Source of the DNA: Tricharina praecox
Lineage: Eukaryota
NCBI RefSeq assembly: GCF_024521635.1
Contig: NW_026250432.1
Coordinates: 310,001-374,000, forward strand
DNA: 64,000 nucleotides
Direction: 5' to 3'
Positions 35,803 through 48,842 of the stretch are shown piece by piece. A model generated the notes under the pieces. It made no database searches, was not told the DNA's origin, and saw only the letters and a list, made by a program, of their open reading frames with translations. Both the position numbers and the translations under genes were made by a program. The stretch's first letter is position 1; each line of letters begins with the position of its first letter.

Positions 35803-36550
35803 TAAGATGTATCCATCACTATTTCAGATGCCTAGATGGACTGCACGCTATCAAAGGAATTAGGACAATGTGATGTGTGAAGGGCTACCTGCTCTCAGTG
35901 GTGCCTGGTATTCAAAACCATTACCACCATGCATGAGAGATTTCTCAGTATGCACGAGGAAGCACCACATCACCGGCATCACATCACGACCGCCACGCCA
36001 CGAGTCCGACGATACCACAGCATCAATTTGAGCAAATATACTCAATTCAATTCTCTTCGATTCAATCTTAGTCTACGGCTTCAACATCACGCGAATGGGC
36101 TGGCTAGTAGGCTGGCAGGCGGGCGGGCTGATGGCGTAGCAAGGGCGGGCGGGAACTCGAAACCTGAACCTAATCTATAAATCCAATTAACAATCCATTT
36201 CAACCCAAGAAACGAAAAGTAGTAAAAAAGGATGATAAAGGTAAGGCGTCATGAAAAAATTAGAGTATGTTGCATTTTTAGTCGTCATTGTGATCGGGGT
36301 TAAAAATGTTTTAATCCTCCGCCAAGGGGGTGGGTATAGATATGGTGATGTGTGTGTGTGCATGGAGAAAAGAAATTGCACCGGATGAGGGAGGACTAAC
36401 CATTTGGTTTTGCGATGGGCAGCAGATTTGATCGTTGAGGGTTAGTATCACAGAAATTCACGTTGCGGGGGCTTGTTGGTGGTTCAGCTCTGTATTGTCT
36501 TCGCAAATTTCGGACTACATAGCTGCTTGTATCGGCTGATATCGATGAGT

Positions 36551-37700
36551 TTAGTCAAAGAGACCACCGAAACCACCTGAGAAATGTTAGCCATCTGGCC
36601 GTTCGCACATCGAGGAGCGCAACATACCATCCTCCTCAGACTCCTCCTCCTCGGCGGCCTTCTCCTCCTCAGCAGGCTTGGAGGACTCGGCAGGGCCGGA
36701 AGCGGCGGCAACAGGGGCAGACGAGGCGTACGCATCGGGGTTGGCGATGCGGTCCTTGAGCTCCTCAATAGTATCCCAGCTGTAGTCGGTGGCCAGGGCA
36801 ACAGCAACGGCCTTCTTGTAGGTGTTGACGAGCGAGTGGGCGACCGAAGGCAGGGTGGGGTAGTTGGCGGCGAGCGAGATGCAAGCGATCGCCTTGATGG
36901 CGCTCATGAAGGCCTTGATCAGGTCCTCCTCGGCGATATCGAGGACGGATGAGGCGAAGCACTGGCCGTCGTCGTAGACCTGCGAGATGGACATTCCGTA
37001 GGTGAAGGGCGAGATGTTCAACATGTTGAGCAGGGTAGCCTCGGAAGGTCCGACCTTTCCTCCGGCCTCGACAAGCTTCAAGTCGGTGGTGATCTCGATG
37101 GTACCACGGGCGATCTTGGTGGGGATACCGAGGGCCTGGAAGAAGGCGGTCTTTCCGGGCTCCATACCGGTGTTTCCGGCGGGGACGTAGACGTCGGCGG
37201 GAGCGACGGCACCGGCACGGGCAGGGGCGGCGACCTTGTTGTCGAGGATGACATCGCGAATAACCTTCAGGTCATCGTTGGTGAAGACGAAACCGACGTT
37301 ACCTGCATCGCTAGTTTAGTTTTTGTCTTTCTTTATTTTTTTATATTTTCGTTCCGTAACGACGGGACCAAAGCGGTGGAACGTACCCTTGATGTGGGGA
37401 AGGAGACGCTCGTACTCGGGGAAGTCGGACATCAAGATGCGCACGGCACGACGGACCATGGTGTTCTTTCCCATGAGGACGACACCGCGGCCACGGAGAG
37501 CCTTACGGATCTCGTGCATCTGCTGGGAGGCGACCTAGAAGAGAAGAGTACTGTTAGCATTGCGATTGCCGCGGTTGCGCGCGCATGGAACTGGAGTGGA
37601 GACATGCATTGTTGACGGAGACAATGAAGATGGACTTGTAGTCTTCCAACAAGCCCTTCAGCTTGTTGAAGTACTGCTGCTTATCGGTCTTGACCCCCAT
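36551..37700 (-). CDS. RPP0: 60S acidic ribosomal protein P0 (uL10); exons 37700-37608, 37534-37387, 37302-36628, 36576-36551
   Basis: [55 protein letters not shown]-terminal [15 protein letters not shown]; first intron needs a GC donor. Confidence 0.97.
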
Positions 37701-40285
37701 TTCTTCTTGTTTGTTGAAGAGAGGATTTTTAAGGTGCAAGAGATTGGGTGTTAATGTGGGGGGTGGGTATGAATGCTGGATCGCAAAGTGAACATCGTGA
37801 GAAAGTCTCTGACCAATTTCGCTAAGCCAGCGTGCTAGTGTGTGGGTGTGGGCGGCTCTGCGGGAGCGGACTGCGTAGGGCAACGCCCTTCAGAGCAGGT
37901 CTCTAACCGGCCCGGTGTGGCTCGCCATCGACACATCGCTTATCAGATGTGGCTGTGCTGCTACACCGCCACAGCACGTCGATGACTCAGCGACATGCGG
38001 CTGAGACGGATTCCGTTGCGACATGCAGCATAGCGTGGCCAGTGGCCACACCCACCCACGCAGCGCCCACCCACCCACCCCGCTTAGCGCCAGGCAAGCT
38101 GCTTCGTCCCTACCTAGTCCCCTGACCTGCCTAACAGTAAACTACCTAGCTGCCGACTTCAAGTTGGCAACGGCCAAGCAATCTTGAACGGACTTCACGT
38201 CGTGCTCTCCATGCACGACAGATGTTTCCGTCAGCGTGGTCGCCGGCTATCTCAGCTCGGGGTGCATTCGCTGGCTGGCGTCCGTGCCTGGCAGCCGTAC
38301 ACATAATATCTGCTGGTGCGCCCGTTCCCCGGTGGCCGGATTCCGTGTGGGGCGCCCTCTCCCCTCGCCCCTTCCCCGATCCGAATCCCAGGGTTCCCAA
38401 GACCTCATGTGTAACCGTGACATCCTCGGAGGCCTTGTTCGGTTCGGACGACAGCCACAGCGACAGCCACTGCCACAGCAACAGCGACAGCGCAGCAAAC
38501 GGGTCTGACGTCCGGACTGACTGCTGCCCCCCTCTGCACGCCCCGTTCGCTCCGGTGGCTGGGTCCCTCTTCGTCCGTTTCGCTCGAACCACGACTGAGA
38601 GGTGCCCGCCCCGTGTCGGTATCTAGTCCATGTAGTAGTTTCTCGTTCTGGCTGATCGGCTGTCTGGAATCTCGGCTCCGGCGGAGGCGTCATTTGGTGT
38701 CCAAACGCCCGGCCTTCTCCTTTGCGCTAAAATGCTTCCTTCTGTGCATTTATCTCCTCGTCTCCGCCGCCGCCGCCGCGCTGCTGCTCCTGGCTGGTTC
38801 CGTCCATCTGGCGAAAGAACTCCCTCCGTCATCTCTCGCGATCGTAAGCGCACCACCACCAGTGACCACCACCACCACCACCTCCTCCTCCGTGACATCC
38901 CCGTCCACTCCTCTCCCTTCTCCTACATGGAGTACCCACTGTCCCCCGCTTGATGCTGTTATCCTCCCTCGTACACACCACACAACACACCACTGCTCTT
39001 CTCTTTTGCGGCGGTTATTTATCCACTTCGTCTCTTTCTCCTCGCGTTTGCATAGCGTCTTACATGCTCTGACGGGATCAACCCCATCTTGTCTCGACTC
39101 TCGTTTATCGTCCTTTCCCCGTGCTCACTTATCCTGCCGTCCGTTCTCGCGCATGGAATCCGGCCCTTCTCTCCCCTCCCCCCCTCCCCCCCTTTGCCGC
39201 ATCTAGAGATTCGACGAGCAATTGCTCAGCTCTCAGCTTTGAACCTGTCCGGAGTCCTTGCGGCTGCGGCATATGGCAGCGAAGAAACCCTGCAGGAGCT
39301 GCTGACTAGGTAAGGTCGCCCTCGACTTCTTCCCACCGCCTCTCTGACGGATGGGCTCTCGGATCTTGGGCAGCACCACCTAGAGTTCCAGCCGTAAAGT
39401 TATCTGGCCGGGGGAGAAACACGCTGCTGGGGTGAAGACCTCCGGAGTACAAAACCACACACACACCTCGATATCTCCTCCCCTCCTCCCCCACACACGA
39501 AGAAGGACGGTGGCTTTTGGCGAAGAAAGATCCCTGGGGAAGCTGTGAACTCTCTGCATGCCTGCATGCCTGGAGACAAGAGAGAATCGGGACCCGCAGA
39601 AGGAACGCATTGTTTGACACGCTCTGTTCACGCTCGTCGTTCCCTAGAGTAAAGTTACATCTTACTTTGCCCAAGACTCAGGTGTGTAGTGCATGCAAAA
39701 GCATACATCCATACATCAACTTCTTCTTCTTCTTCCTCTCCGTCCCTCTTCCCCATCACTTCCTCCTTCTCTCCTTTCCCATCTCTCTCACTATCCTTCT
39801 CGGTTTCTCTTTCGTGGGCCTTGCACATCTCGCACATCTCCCACCCCACACCACCCACCGCCAACTAAGCCACGAGCTTATATTCCGCTAATCCCTCCCT
39901 CTTCCTCCCCCCCCCCCCCATCCCGTCAATCCTCCCTTCCTCCCATCCCATCGAATCCCCAACTTCCCGCTCACCCCCGAAACGCAACCCGCATCACTCC
40001 CCACACACCCCCGCAGCGAACCCGCCAACCGCCGCCGGCTGGGCGCGGTCTCTTCGTCCACAACATACCTCCTCCTCCCCTCGCAACAATCTCCACCACA
40101 CCGACCTTCTCTGGCCGCCGTTCTTTGACACGCACCAAAAACCAACTAACCTTCCCTCTGACACCCTCACACCCCCCCCCACTCCTCACCATCCCTCCCA
40201 CCCCCCATTCACCCTCCGCATTGTATTTTGCATTTGACGCCATATAAGTGGGCCGACTGCGTACACCCATTCTGGTCCTCTTTGT

Positions 40286-43200
40286 ATGGCGGACCGTAAA
40301 GGTTCAGTGTCTTCACGAGTCACTACCGCTGCCGTCACCACCCCCGTCACCGCCCCCGTAGACACTCCGCCAACAAACACCACTTCAAACACTGCAGCAG
40401 TTGCAGCAATAGCAGCAATGTCCAACGTACGAGCATCATCACCATATGGGACCCGTTCCCGGAACCGGGGCGCACGGGTGAACTACGCTGAAGACAAGGA
40501 CAACGAAATGGACTTTGAACTCTCAGCCAACTACAATCCCACTCCCCCAACCAGCAAAGCCGCCGGGGATGCGACTGCGAGCGGACCTTCAAGAAGACAG
40601 CCGGCGGCAGCTGCGGTACCAGCTACCGGCAAGGACTCGAAAGACGGGAAGGATGCCGCGCAGACTGCCCCGCCGGCCACGACGACGACGACCAACTCTG
40701 CCGCTGGCAAGAAGAGGAAAGGTGGCGCTGCTGCAGCAGCAGCCGCCGCCCAGTTGGCCATCTCCTCCATGACGAAAGACGCCTCTTTAACGAATATGCT
40801 GAGCTTTGACCGCCCGCACCTCAAGGACGGGAGGTTGATATCTGACGATGGGACTGTTTTCGAAGTTCATGGTACGTAGGAATCTGTCGCGATCTCGCAA
40901 TCGCGACAACCCACCACCCACCACCTACAGCCCACCACCACGCTGCGGCCGCCACCAACCCCCTTCTCGCTTTGGCTCCGAGCCCCACATCTTTTTTGCA
41001 CCACCGGAACGCGAAACGAACTCCAGCATGCTAACCACCATGTCTTTCCAGATCACATTTACCTCGTCTGCGAACCTCCCGGAGAGCCGTATTACCTCGC
41101 CCGAATCATGGAATTCTTGCACGCGAATAACAACGCCTCCCAGCCGATCGATGCGATCCGGGTCAACTGGTACTACCGTCCCAAGGACATCAACAGAAAG
41201 GATCCCGATACACGCGTTCTGTTTGCCTCAATGCACTCGGATACCTGCCCTCTCTCGTCGATCCGCGGCAAGTGCTACATCAAGCACCGGTCGGAGATAC
41301 AGAACCTCGACGAGTTCCGCAAGTGTCGCGACAGCTTTTACTTTGAGCGCATGTTCGACCGGTACATCCAGCGCTATTACGACGTGATCCCCAGTACTTT
41401 TGTGCGCAATGTGCCCGAGGCGATACGCAAAGCATTGGTCGAGCGATGGAAATATCTTCTTGTGGAGCCTCAGCGCGGCAAGGAGCTGTGCAGCCAGATG
41501 AAAGAATGCAAGCGATGCACCGGATATTGTGCGAGGTAAGATTTCTATTTTATTATTATTGCTATTTTCTTTAAGCACACGCTCCCCCCCCCCACTCTTT
41601 ATTTATTATTTTGTGTTTTTATTATCTTAATCGTTTAATTTATTCGCGGGCGATGCTGACGAGTTTCAAAGCGCCGATTCGGTGCACTGCGCTGTGTGTG
41701 GCTCGACGTACCACATGAACTGCGTGCGGCCGCCGTTGCTGAAGAAACCGAGTAGAGGATTTGCGTGGGCTTGTGGACCCTGCAACCGAGCTCAGGAGCG
41801 AAAATTGGAAGCGCGCAACACTCCGACGCTAACCACTCCGGGGGGCGACGTGGAAGAGGACGTCCTCGATGACGAAGAAGACGAGCTGTCGCCGGGCACT
41901 GGAGTGGGAACCGAGACGCCTTCCGAGAGGGCGGCCACGGACGCAAAAACACAGGACCCGACACCGGAGCAACTGTCGTTTGCGCGGATGTGGCAAATGA
42001 GATATCTGGGACAGCATTGCCATGTGGAGGATGCTCTGGATTACGACGATCGCATCTACCCCCGCGCGGCATCGCGACTAGGGTCCCGGCATCAGGCTAC
42101 GGTTCTGCCGTGGCCGGGGCGCCCGGTCGAGTACATCAAGCCACCGGAAAAGAAAAAGACGAAGGGCGGCAGCAAGAGTAAACAGCAGGCCGAAGCCGAA
42201 GCGGCTGCACGAGAAAGGCGGCCGAAATGGATCATGGAGGAGCCTCCCGGGTACATTGAGCGCGGAAAAGACGACGGCACGACATCGATGTTACTGTTCA
42301 AAATCCCTGTCGATGGCCATGACGACGACGCGGAGCGCCAACGCGGAGATCTCATCGCGACCATCGACGCCTACCTCACGTCGACTAAGAGAATCGCGGA
42401 TAAAATGGGCATGAAGCCGTACGCGACGAATTTCGTGGACAAGGCAATCGAGATACTTTATGCGAATTCGTTCAACGAGAAGAAATCGCTCGAGCTGCTC
42501 GCGAAAGTGCAGGCGGTCAGGGATCTCAAGGAACCGCGCCTCAAGCCGGATGAGGTCAAGCGCTTTGAGGAGGGTGTGGCTAAACACGGAAGCGAGCTGC
42601 ATGCAGTGACCAAACATGTCAAGACGCGCAAAGAGGCCGAGATCGTCCGATACTACTACCAGTGGAAAAAGACGCCGAAAGGTCGCGAGATATGGGGCAA
42701 CTACGAGGGCCGCAAGGGAAAGAAGGAAGCCAAGCTTAAGGACAAGGGCGTTGTCGTGTCCAAGCTGGTCGACGATGTTGCCGACGACGAGGACGACTCC
42801 GCTTTCGACGTCGAGAAGGCGGGCGAGAAGAAGCGCGGGTTCGAGTGCAAATTCTGCAGCACCAGGCACAGTCGGCAGTGGCGGCGCGCGCCCGGTGTCG
42901 CGCCGGGCACAGTCATCACAGTCGAGAAGGGCAGCGGCTCGAAACGGAAGAATGCTGAGCCCAGTCAGTACGTCAGTGCGCTCTGTCGGAGATGCGCCGA
43001 ACTCTGGAGACGATATGGCATCAGGTGGGAGGATCCCGACGAGGTTCAGAAGAAGATGAGCCAGGGTGGTGGACGGGCATGGAAGAAGAGGATAGACGAG
43101 GAGCTGTTGAAGGAGCTCACTGCCGCACAGCACGATGCACAGGCAGAGGCTGTCGCTCTCGCTGCGTCCACGACGGCATCTGCTACCCCGCAACCTCCTT

Positions 43201-45800
43201 CCAGTGGTACTGTGACCCCCGAGGGGCCTCCCAAGAAGAAAGTCAAGACCGAAACCAACGGTCAGCCGACGAAGAAAGAGAAGGCTAAAGCTCGGGCCAA
43301 GGAGAAGGAGAGAGAAAGGGAGGAGCTTCTCGAAAAGGGCAAGGAGAAGGAGAGGGAAGAAGTGCTCAAGGAGAGAGAGAAGATGCTGGAAAAGCTCAAG
43401 GAACCACCACCTCCGCCGCCGGAACCACCCAAACCCAAGATCGCCGAATGCGGGGTCTGTAAAGACATCGAGGAGATCGGAAGGCAGCATGCCATCTGCC
43501 GGGATTGTAAGATGATAGTCCACAAACGGTGCTATGGTGTCGGAGAGATGAGGAGCGCCAACAAGTGGGTCTGTGAAATGTGCACGAACGACAAGAACCC
43601 GACCGTGTCGACGGTATGCCCCCTCTCGCCCTACCCCCCGATACGACGGACGGATTGGCTAACTTGATGTAGAATTACGAATGTGTTCTCTGCCCTGAAC
43701 ATCAAGATCCCGACGCGGAACCGGAAAAGAATAACCCCTACCACAAGAGCTCCTACAAGAAGAAGGCTGCCCAGGAAAAGGTGACCAAGGAGTCTCCGGA
43801 ACTCGATGGTCGCAAAGTCAAAGAGGCGGACAAGCACAAGCCTCAGGCTCCACGTGAACCGTTGAAGAAGACTTCCGGAAACTACTGGGCTCACGTGATA
43901 TGCGCCGTATGGACCCCGGAGGTCAAGTTTTCTGATCCGAAGACCATGCGTGTCGTCGAAGGCATCGGTACGATTCCGACACCGCGATACCAGCAGGAGT
44001 GCAAGGTGTGCAAGGTGAATTCCGGTGCGACCATCCAGTGTACCGCATGCCATGCGAACGGTAAGTTCCCGACGACCACTGTTGCCCGCGTATATATGCA
44101 TGCTGACCTGTGGCCTAGTGCATATCAACTGCGCAAATACATCTGGATGGAGAATAGGGTTCGACATCCAACCGGTGAAGGGCTCCAAGAAAGATTCCCC
44201 CAATGTCGTCAAACTCGGCGGCGAGACGGGCCTGATGACCGCCTGCCTCTGGTGTCCCGAGCACGAGATCAAAACGAGGATTCATCGCATCAATGAGATC
44301 GCCGAGGGGACTGATTTGACTGTGCTGGAGCTCTTCTTGCAGACTTACAAGCAGGCAGACCTATCCCTGACCGGAACCGTTCGCAAGGCCAACCTGGTGT
44401 CGATAACGTCAAAGACAACCCCATCGAATCGCCGAAACAGTTTGGTCGCTTCCGGGAAGGAAGGCGCCGATTCGACGAGCCCGGTTATCATCAAAGATGG
44501 CGAAGAGGAGAAGATCGGTGGCGAGGAAGGACTCCTCGATGACCACGTCGGTGGAGACAAGCCAAAGAAGTGCATACAATGCCAGGTGGATGTCAGCCCG
44601 CTGTGGTGGAAGGTTCCATTGCCGGCGACAAATGGTGCTTCCCCGGAACCGCTAACGAACGGCAACGTCAACGGCAACGTCAAAGACAACGACAACGTCA
44701 GCCCCGCCCCAACGAAACCACAGGCAAAGGGATTGATGTGCAATCGCTGTCACACGAAGGACAAAGAGGCTCCACCATTGGCATTTCTCAAGCCGAACGG
44801 TGCAGCAAGGGCTCCCGAATCCAAGTTCACGCCTCTGCCGCCATTGCATGTGTTCCTGGCTCAACAGCACCAAGTCGCGGCGCACCGACAACAGCAGCTG
44901 GCCCAACAACAGGCGCCGCCGCCTGTACCCGTTCAAGCGCCACCACCACCAGCTCCTCCTCCGCCTCCGCCTCCGCCGGTTATGAGATTGCCCGACCCAC
45001 AGCCGGTAACGATACCACCACCAGTGCCATCTCCACAGCGGCCACCACCTCACGCATACATGGCACCGATCCCGCAGCCACCCATGCCTCCGCACGGAAT
45101 GGTGCACGAGGTCCACCATCAACCGCCAATAATGCACCATGCGCCTCAGCCTCACTTACACCAGCCTCACTCACACCAGCCACCACCTCCTATGCCGGTG
45201 CACCACATGTCACGGGTTCCCCCGCTCGTTCATGGACCCCACTCACACCACCCTCATAACCCTCCTCATCATTCTCACAGTCCCCAGTCCAACCACAATA
45301 CCCTCAACAGCCCCCATAACCACAATGGCCACCCCAGCCATCCCGGCCACTCCAACCAAAATGGTCATCCTATGCATAACGGCTACCCAAGTCACAATGG
45401 CCACCTGAACCAAAATGGACACACGAACCATCACAGCCAGCCAAACCACATACACCATAGCTCGCCGCAGGGTCATAACGCCATGCCAAATCGACAATCG
45501 CACATGGTGTCGCAAGCGCCTCTGCATCTGAACCCCCCTCATGGGCATATTCCACCGCGTCACCCTTCACATCCTCATTCATCGCCGCCACCGGTGATGT
45601 CGATGCACCAACAGATGGGGATACACAGGGTGAACTCGACGGGACATGTGCCGACCATGATGCAGCCGCATGGGCCGTCACTGCCGCAGATTGTCCATCA
45701 ACATCATCTACCACCGCCGCAGCCGCCGCCACAGGAGGAGCCGCGAAGAGTGCTGAGTGGAGCATCTGGGAGTCCGGCGCTAGCAAACCTTCTGAGCTAA
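40286..45800 (+). CDS. SNT2: Snt2-like chromatin protein (BAH, PHD, ELM2, SANT, zinc fingers); exons 40286-40871, 41052-41535, 41672-43613, 43673-44060, 44119-45800
   Basis: BAH (DHIYLVCEPPGEPYYLARIMEF...VNWYYRPKDI), PHD (CAVC..YHMNCVRPPLLKKPSRGFAWACGPC), ELM2 (RLGSRHQA), SANT (EIVRYYYQWKKT), further PHDs; His/Pro-rich tail. Confidence 0.92.
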
Positions 45801-46815
45801 ACGAGGGCCTTATTTGTACTGTACGAATGGCGATACAGTTGGTTAGGAGCAAGTTGGGATCTTTTTTAAAATCTGGTTTAGGACTTTTTTTTTACTGTTT
45901 TATCTTCTGTCACCGGTTTATCTCTGGGCGGGGTTTCCTTTTTGTCTTCCTTTCCTTTTTTTGTTTACGGAGTAGGCATTGACGAATTGAATTTTGTTTT
46001 CCGTTTTCTTTTCTTCGCTTTTTTTTCTCTTTCCTTTTTTTCCGTTTCCTTTTGTTTTCATTGCTGAGCTGGCGATCTTTCTTTTTTGCTTGGGCTGGGC
46101 TTAGGGCTTTACTTTTACTTTACTTTGCTTAACTTTTACTATGCTTTGCTTGTTCGCAATTTGTGGTTTTTTTTTTATTCTTCTTGGGGTCTTCAGATAG
46201 GTGAAGCGTGTCTTTGGGTTTTTTTGGGAGCGGAGAGCGCAGAGTGGGGGGCGGAGAGCGGGGGGCGGAGAGCGGGGAAGGGGGGGCTGTACATGCGCAG
46301 TGCAGTGCAGTGCAGTTGCTGGTGATGCTGTATGTACGAAGTATAATAGGTACTTGACGTGCACTGAGTTTTGACAAGTCCATGAAGTTGCATCATTTGG
46401 AAATCTGCAGGAACTGGATGTCTTGGAAGGGCTATGTACTGATAGAGGTCACTCGTCGAATGCAAAATGGTGATCAAATGACTGGCGCTAGTCGTGCTGA
46501 CACATCATCGCGCTGTGCGGATATTGAATCGAATCGACAGGGAACAACCGAACAGGTCCTGACTCCTGAGTAACAAGTAGTAGCTACTCTACAGGATTGC
46601 TAGGATGCGTATCAATCCAGTCAGGATTCCCAGTCCTCGCCCCTCAGCCTGAAACGCTGAAACACCCATCGATCCATCTATCCCTCCGCTTTCCCTGTGT
46701 GTTTGCTTTCCCTGTGTCGCTGCTCTGCGTGTGTAACCCTCCTCGTGCCAAAAAAAAAAAACCTGGAAGCCATAAGTGACAGGTCCCTGTCGATTTGGCT
46801 TCTGGGATGGGCACT

Positions 46816-46867
46816 GTAGATTACATACTGTAGAGTACATACCGGTAGAGTACATACCGGTAGAGTA
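46816..46867. repeat. 15-bp tandem repeat (GTAGAGTACATACCG), about 2.5 copies plus one degenerate copy
   Basis: Units at 46830-46844 and 46845-46859, partial 46860-46867, degenerate 46816-46829. Confidence 0.8.
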
Positions 46868-47266
46868 GGTGAGGTAGGGAGGATTCGCAGATGACGTCGT
46901 TGGCGGCGTCATCTCCTCTCTCTTTCTCTGTCTGTCCAAGGAGAGACGTGATGGAGATGATGGACGGATGCGAAGCTGGGGGCAAGTTGGGGGCGAAGCT
47001 GGGGGGGGAGGGGAGGTTCCAAGGACAGCCATATGACGGAGCCGATGCTGAGGCGAACTGGAACTGGTGAATGAGAATGCAGACAGTGGTCGGTATAAGG
47101 GTGGGTATAAGATCTCACGGCATCCTTCTCGCGAAGCTAATTTTTTAATAACAGCACTCCATCCACAGCCTCCACCTTTTCACACACAGCACAGCACAGT
47201 ACCAAGCACACAGCACATACACAGCACCAAGCACCAAGCACAACCCTCACAACACAGACCAGAAAT

Positions 47267-47656
47267 ATGTCCGACCTCGAACCCTCCGCCGCCCGCGCCT
47301 CCACCGGCAGCGGTTCCGAAAGCGAAGCACCCGCGCCACCACCCCGTCGGCAACGGAAATCCCGCAAATCCCGCCAAAACGGGGGCGGGCCCTTGGGCGG
47401 CGGGCTTCCCACAGACGCCGTAGGCGACGTAGTCGGCAACGCCGTCGACACAGTGGGCAACACTCTGGGGTCTGTGGGGGATACGGCGGGCGGGCTTGTT
47501 GGCGGGGTGACGGGCGCCGTGGGGGGAGGGGGCGGTGGGGGTGGAGGGAAGGAGGGCGGGAAGGATACACTGAGGCTCAGGCTGGATTTGAATCTCGAGA
47601 TTGAGGTCACGCTAAAGGCGAGAATTCATGGCGATTTGACGTTGGCGCTGTTGTAA
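47267..47656 (+). CDS. Small conserved fungal protein (129 aa) ending in LRLRLDLNLEIEVTLKARIHGDLTLALL
   Basis: ATG after a CA-rich leader; Gly/Val repeats (VGDVVGNAVDTVGNTLG) followed by a C-terminal motif I recognise from uncharacterised ascomycete proteins. Confidence 0.8.
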   Translation: MSDLEPSAARASTGSGSESEAPAPPPRRQRKSRKSRQNGGGPLGGGLPTDAVGDVVGNAVDTVGNTLGSVGDTAGGLVGGVTGAVGGGGGGGGGKEGGKDTLRLRLDLNLEIEVTLKARIHGDLTLALL

Positions 47657-48842
47657 GTTGCCCCCTTCTTTGTATTTTGGGTTTTTATGCGCGTACTCCT
47701 CCCCTCCCCCTCCCCCGACGACGAGGTTCTGCTGGCGGGCGGGAAACGGACACTTATGGGTGTTGACACCTATGGCCAGGCAGTAATTGAAACTGAACAC
47801 TGTGTGCGGCGTTAGAACATAGCGGGCGCTACACTACACACTTCTACGCCTTTATTTCGACACGATGCGGATGGTATGGTAATGGGAAAGGTGGAGATGG
47901 AGGTGGCTGGGCTGGTGTGGTGTATTGATATACGGTTTTTCTGGTTTTCTCTCTCGGCTTTTTTCATACCCACGGTTCTAGGGGATATCTTATTGTTCTT
48001 GTTCTTGCTGCGATACCTATGATAGTCTTTTCTTGTATGCATACGAGAGTCTTCGAGTCTTCAACGGGGGGTTGCTTTGGAGCTGCGTCTGCGTCTGCAA
48101 AAAAATAAAGAGCGGTTTTCTTGAACGGTAGTTGGAGTTGCAGTTCTCAGGAATGTTCGATCGTGTGTGATAATATGGAGACCGACACGAAAGGTATGTG
48201 CATTGTGCAGGTTACCTATCTGCCTGAAGTCTACACTATGGGACTCATTGGGTTGCAACTTGGTAAGGCATGCTGCACTTCCGAGAATAACACCATTAGT
48301 TGAAGGGGAAGAAACTGAGAACTTCTCGTGAAGTAAACTTCTTTACCGTATACTCTTTCCACCACCGTCCACTGCAAAAACCGAGTGATGGTCCCTGACT
48401 ACCTAGTCATGCCACCCTCCGTTCCCTTTTTTCTCTCGACATTACAGGGCAAGTAAAAGTAGGCAACCTCCTTCCGACCCTTCCAACTTCCAGAACCTCT
48501 ATTCCCTCTTCCTCCTTGATTGCCTCCCCTGCGTATATAGACACACGGGGATATATATTACCCCGTTACACGGGTGATGTCACGCATGACGATCGCATAT
48601 CCTGGCCCCGGCCCGAATTACGACACGGCCGAGTTGGGAGGTGAAAAGTGGGAAGTGAAGTCAAGAGAATATTCGTCATTGGTACAGAACAAGGAACGAG
48701 GGAGCTGGAGGGGAGGGAGGAAGGGGGTTGGTGGGGGATATATGCGCTGCTCCCCCGAGCTGTTGCTGCTGCTATTGCTGCTGCTGGAAACCAAAAACCC
48801 CACCAGCGTCCTCCCACGAATCTCAACCCATCACTCGCCACA

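Noticed and set aside
35900..36540. Possible snoRNA downstream of RPP0
   Set aside because: No properly spaced RTGATGA/CTGA pair with a terminal stem could be identified.
38100..39250. ORFs of 130-200 aa between RPP0 and SNT2
   Set aside because: Low-complexity translations typical of promoter or 5' leader sequence.
42291..43523. 410-aa antisense ORF inside SNT2
   Set aside because: Mirror of a Lys/Glu-rich sense frame; no independent evidence.
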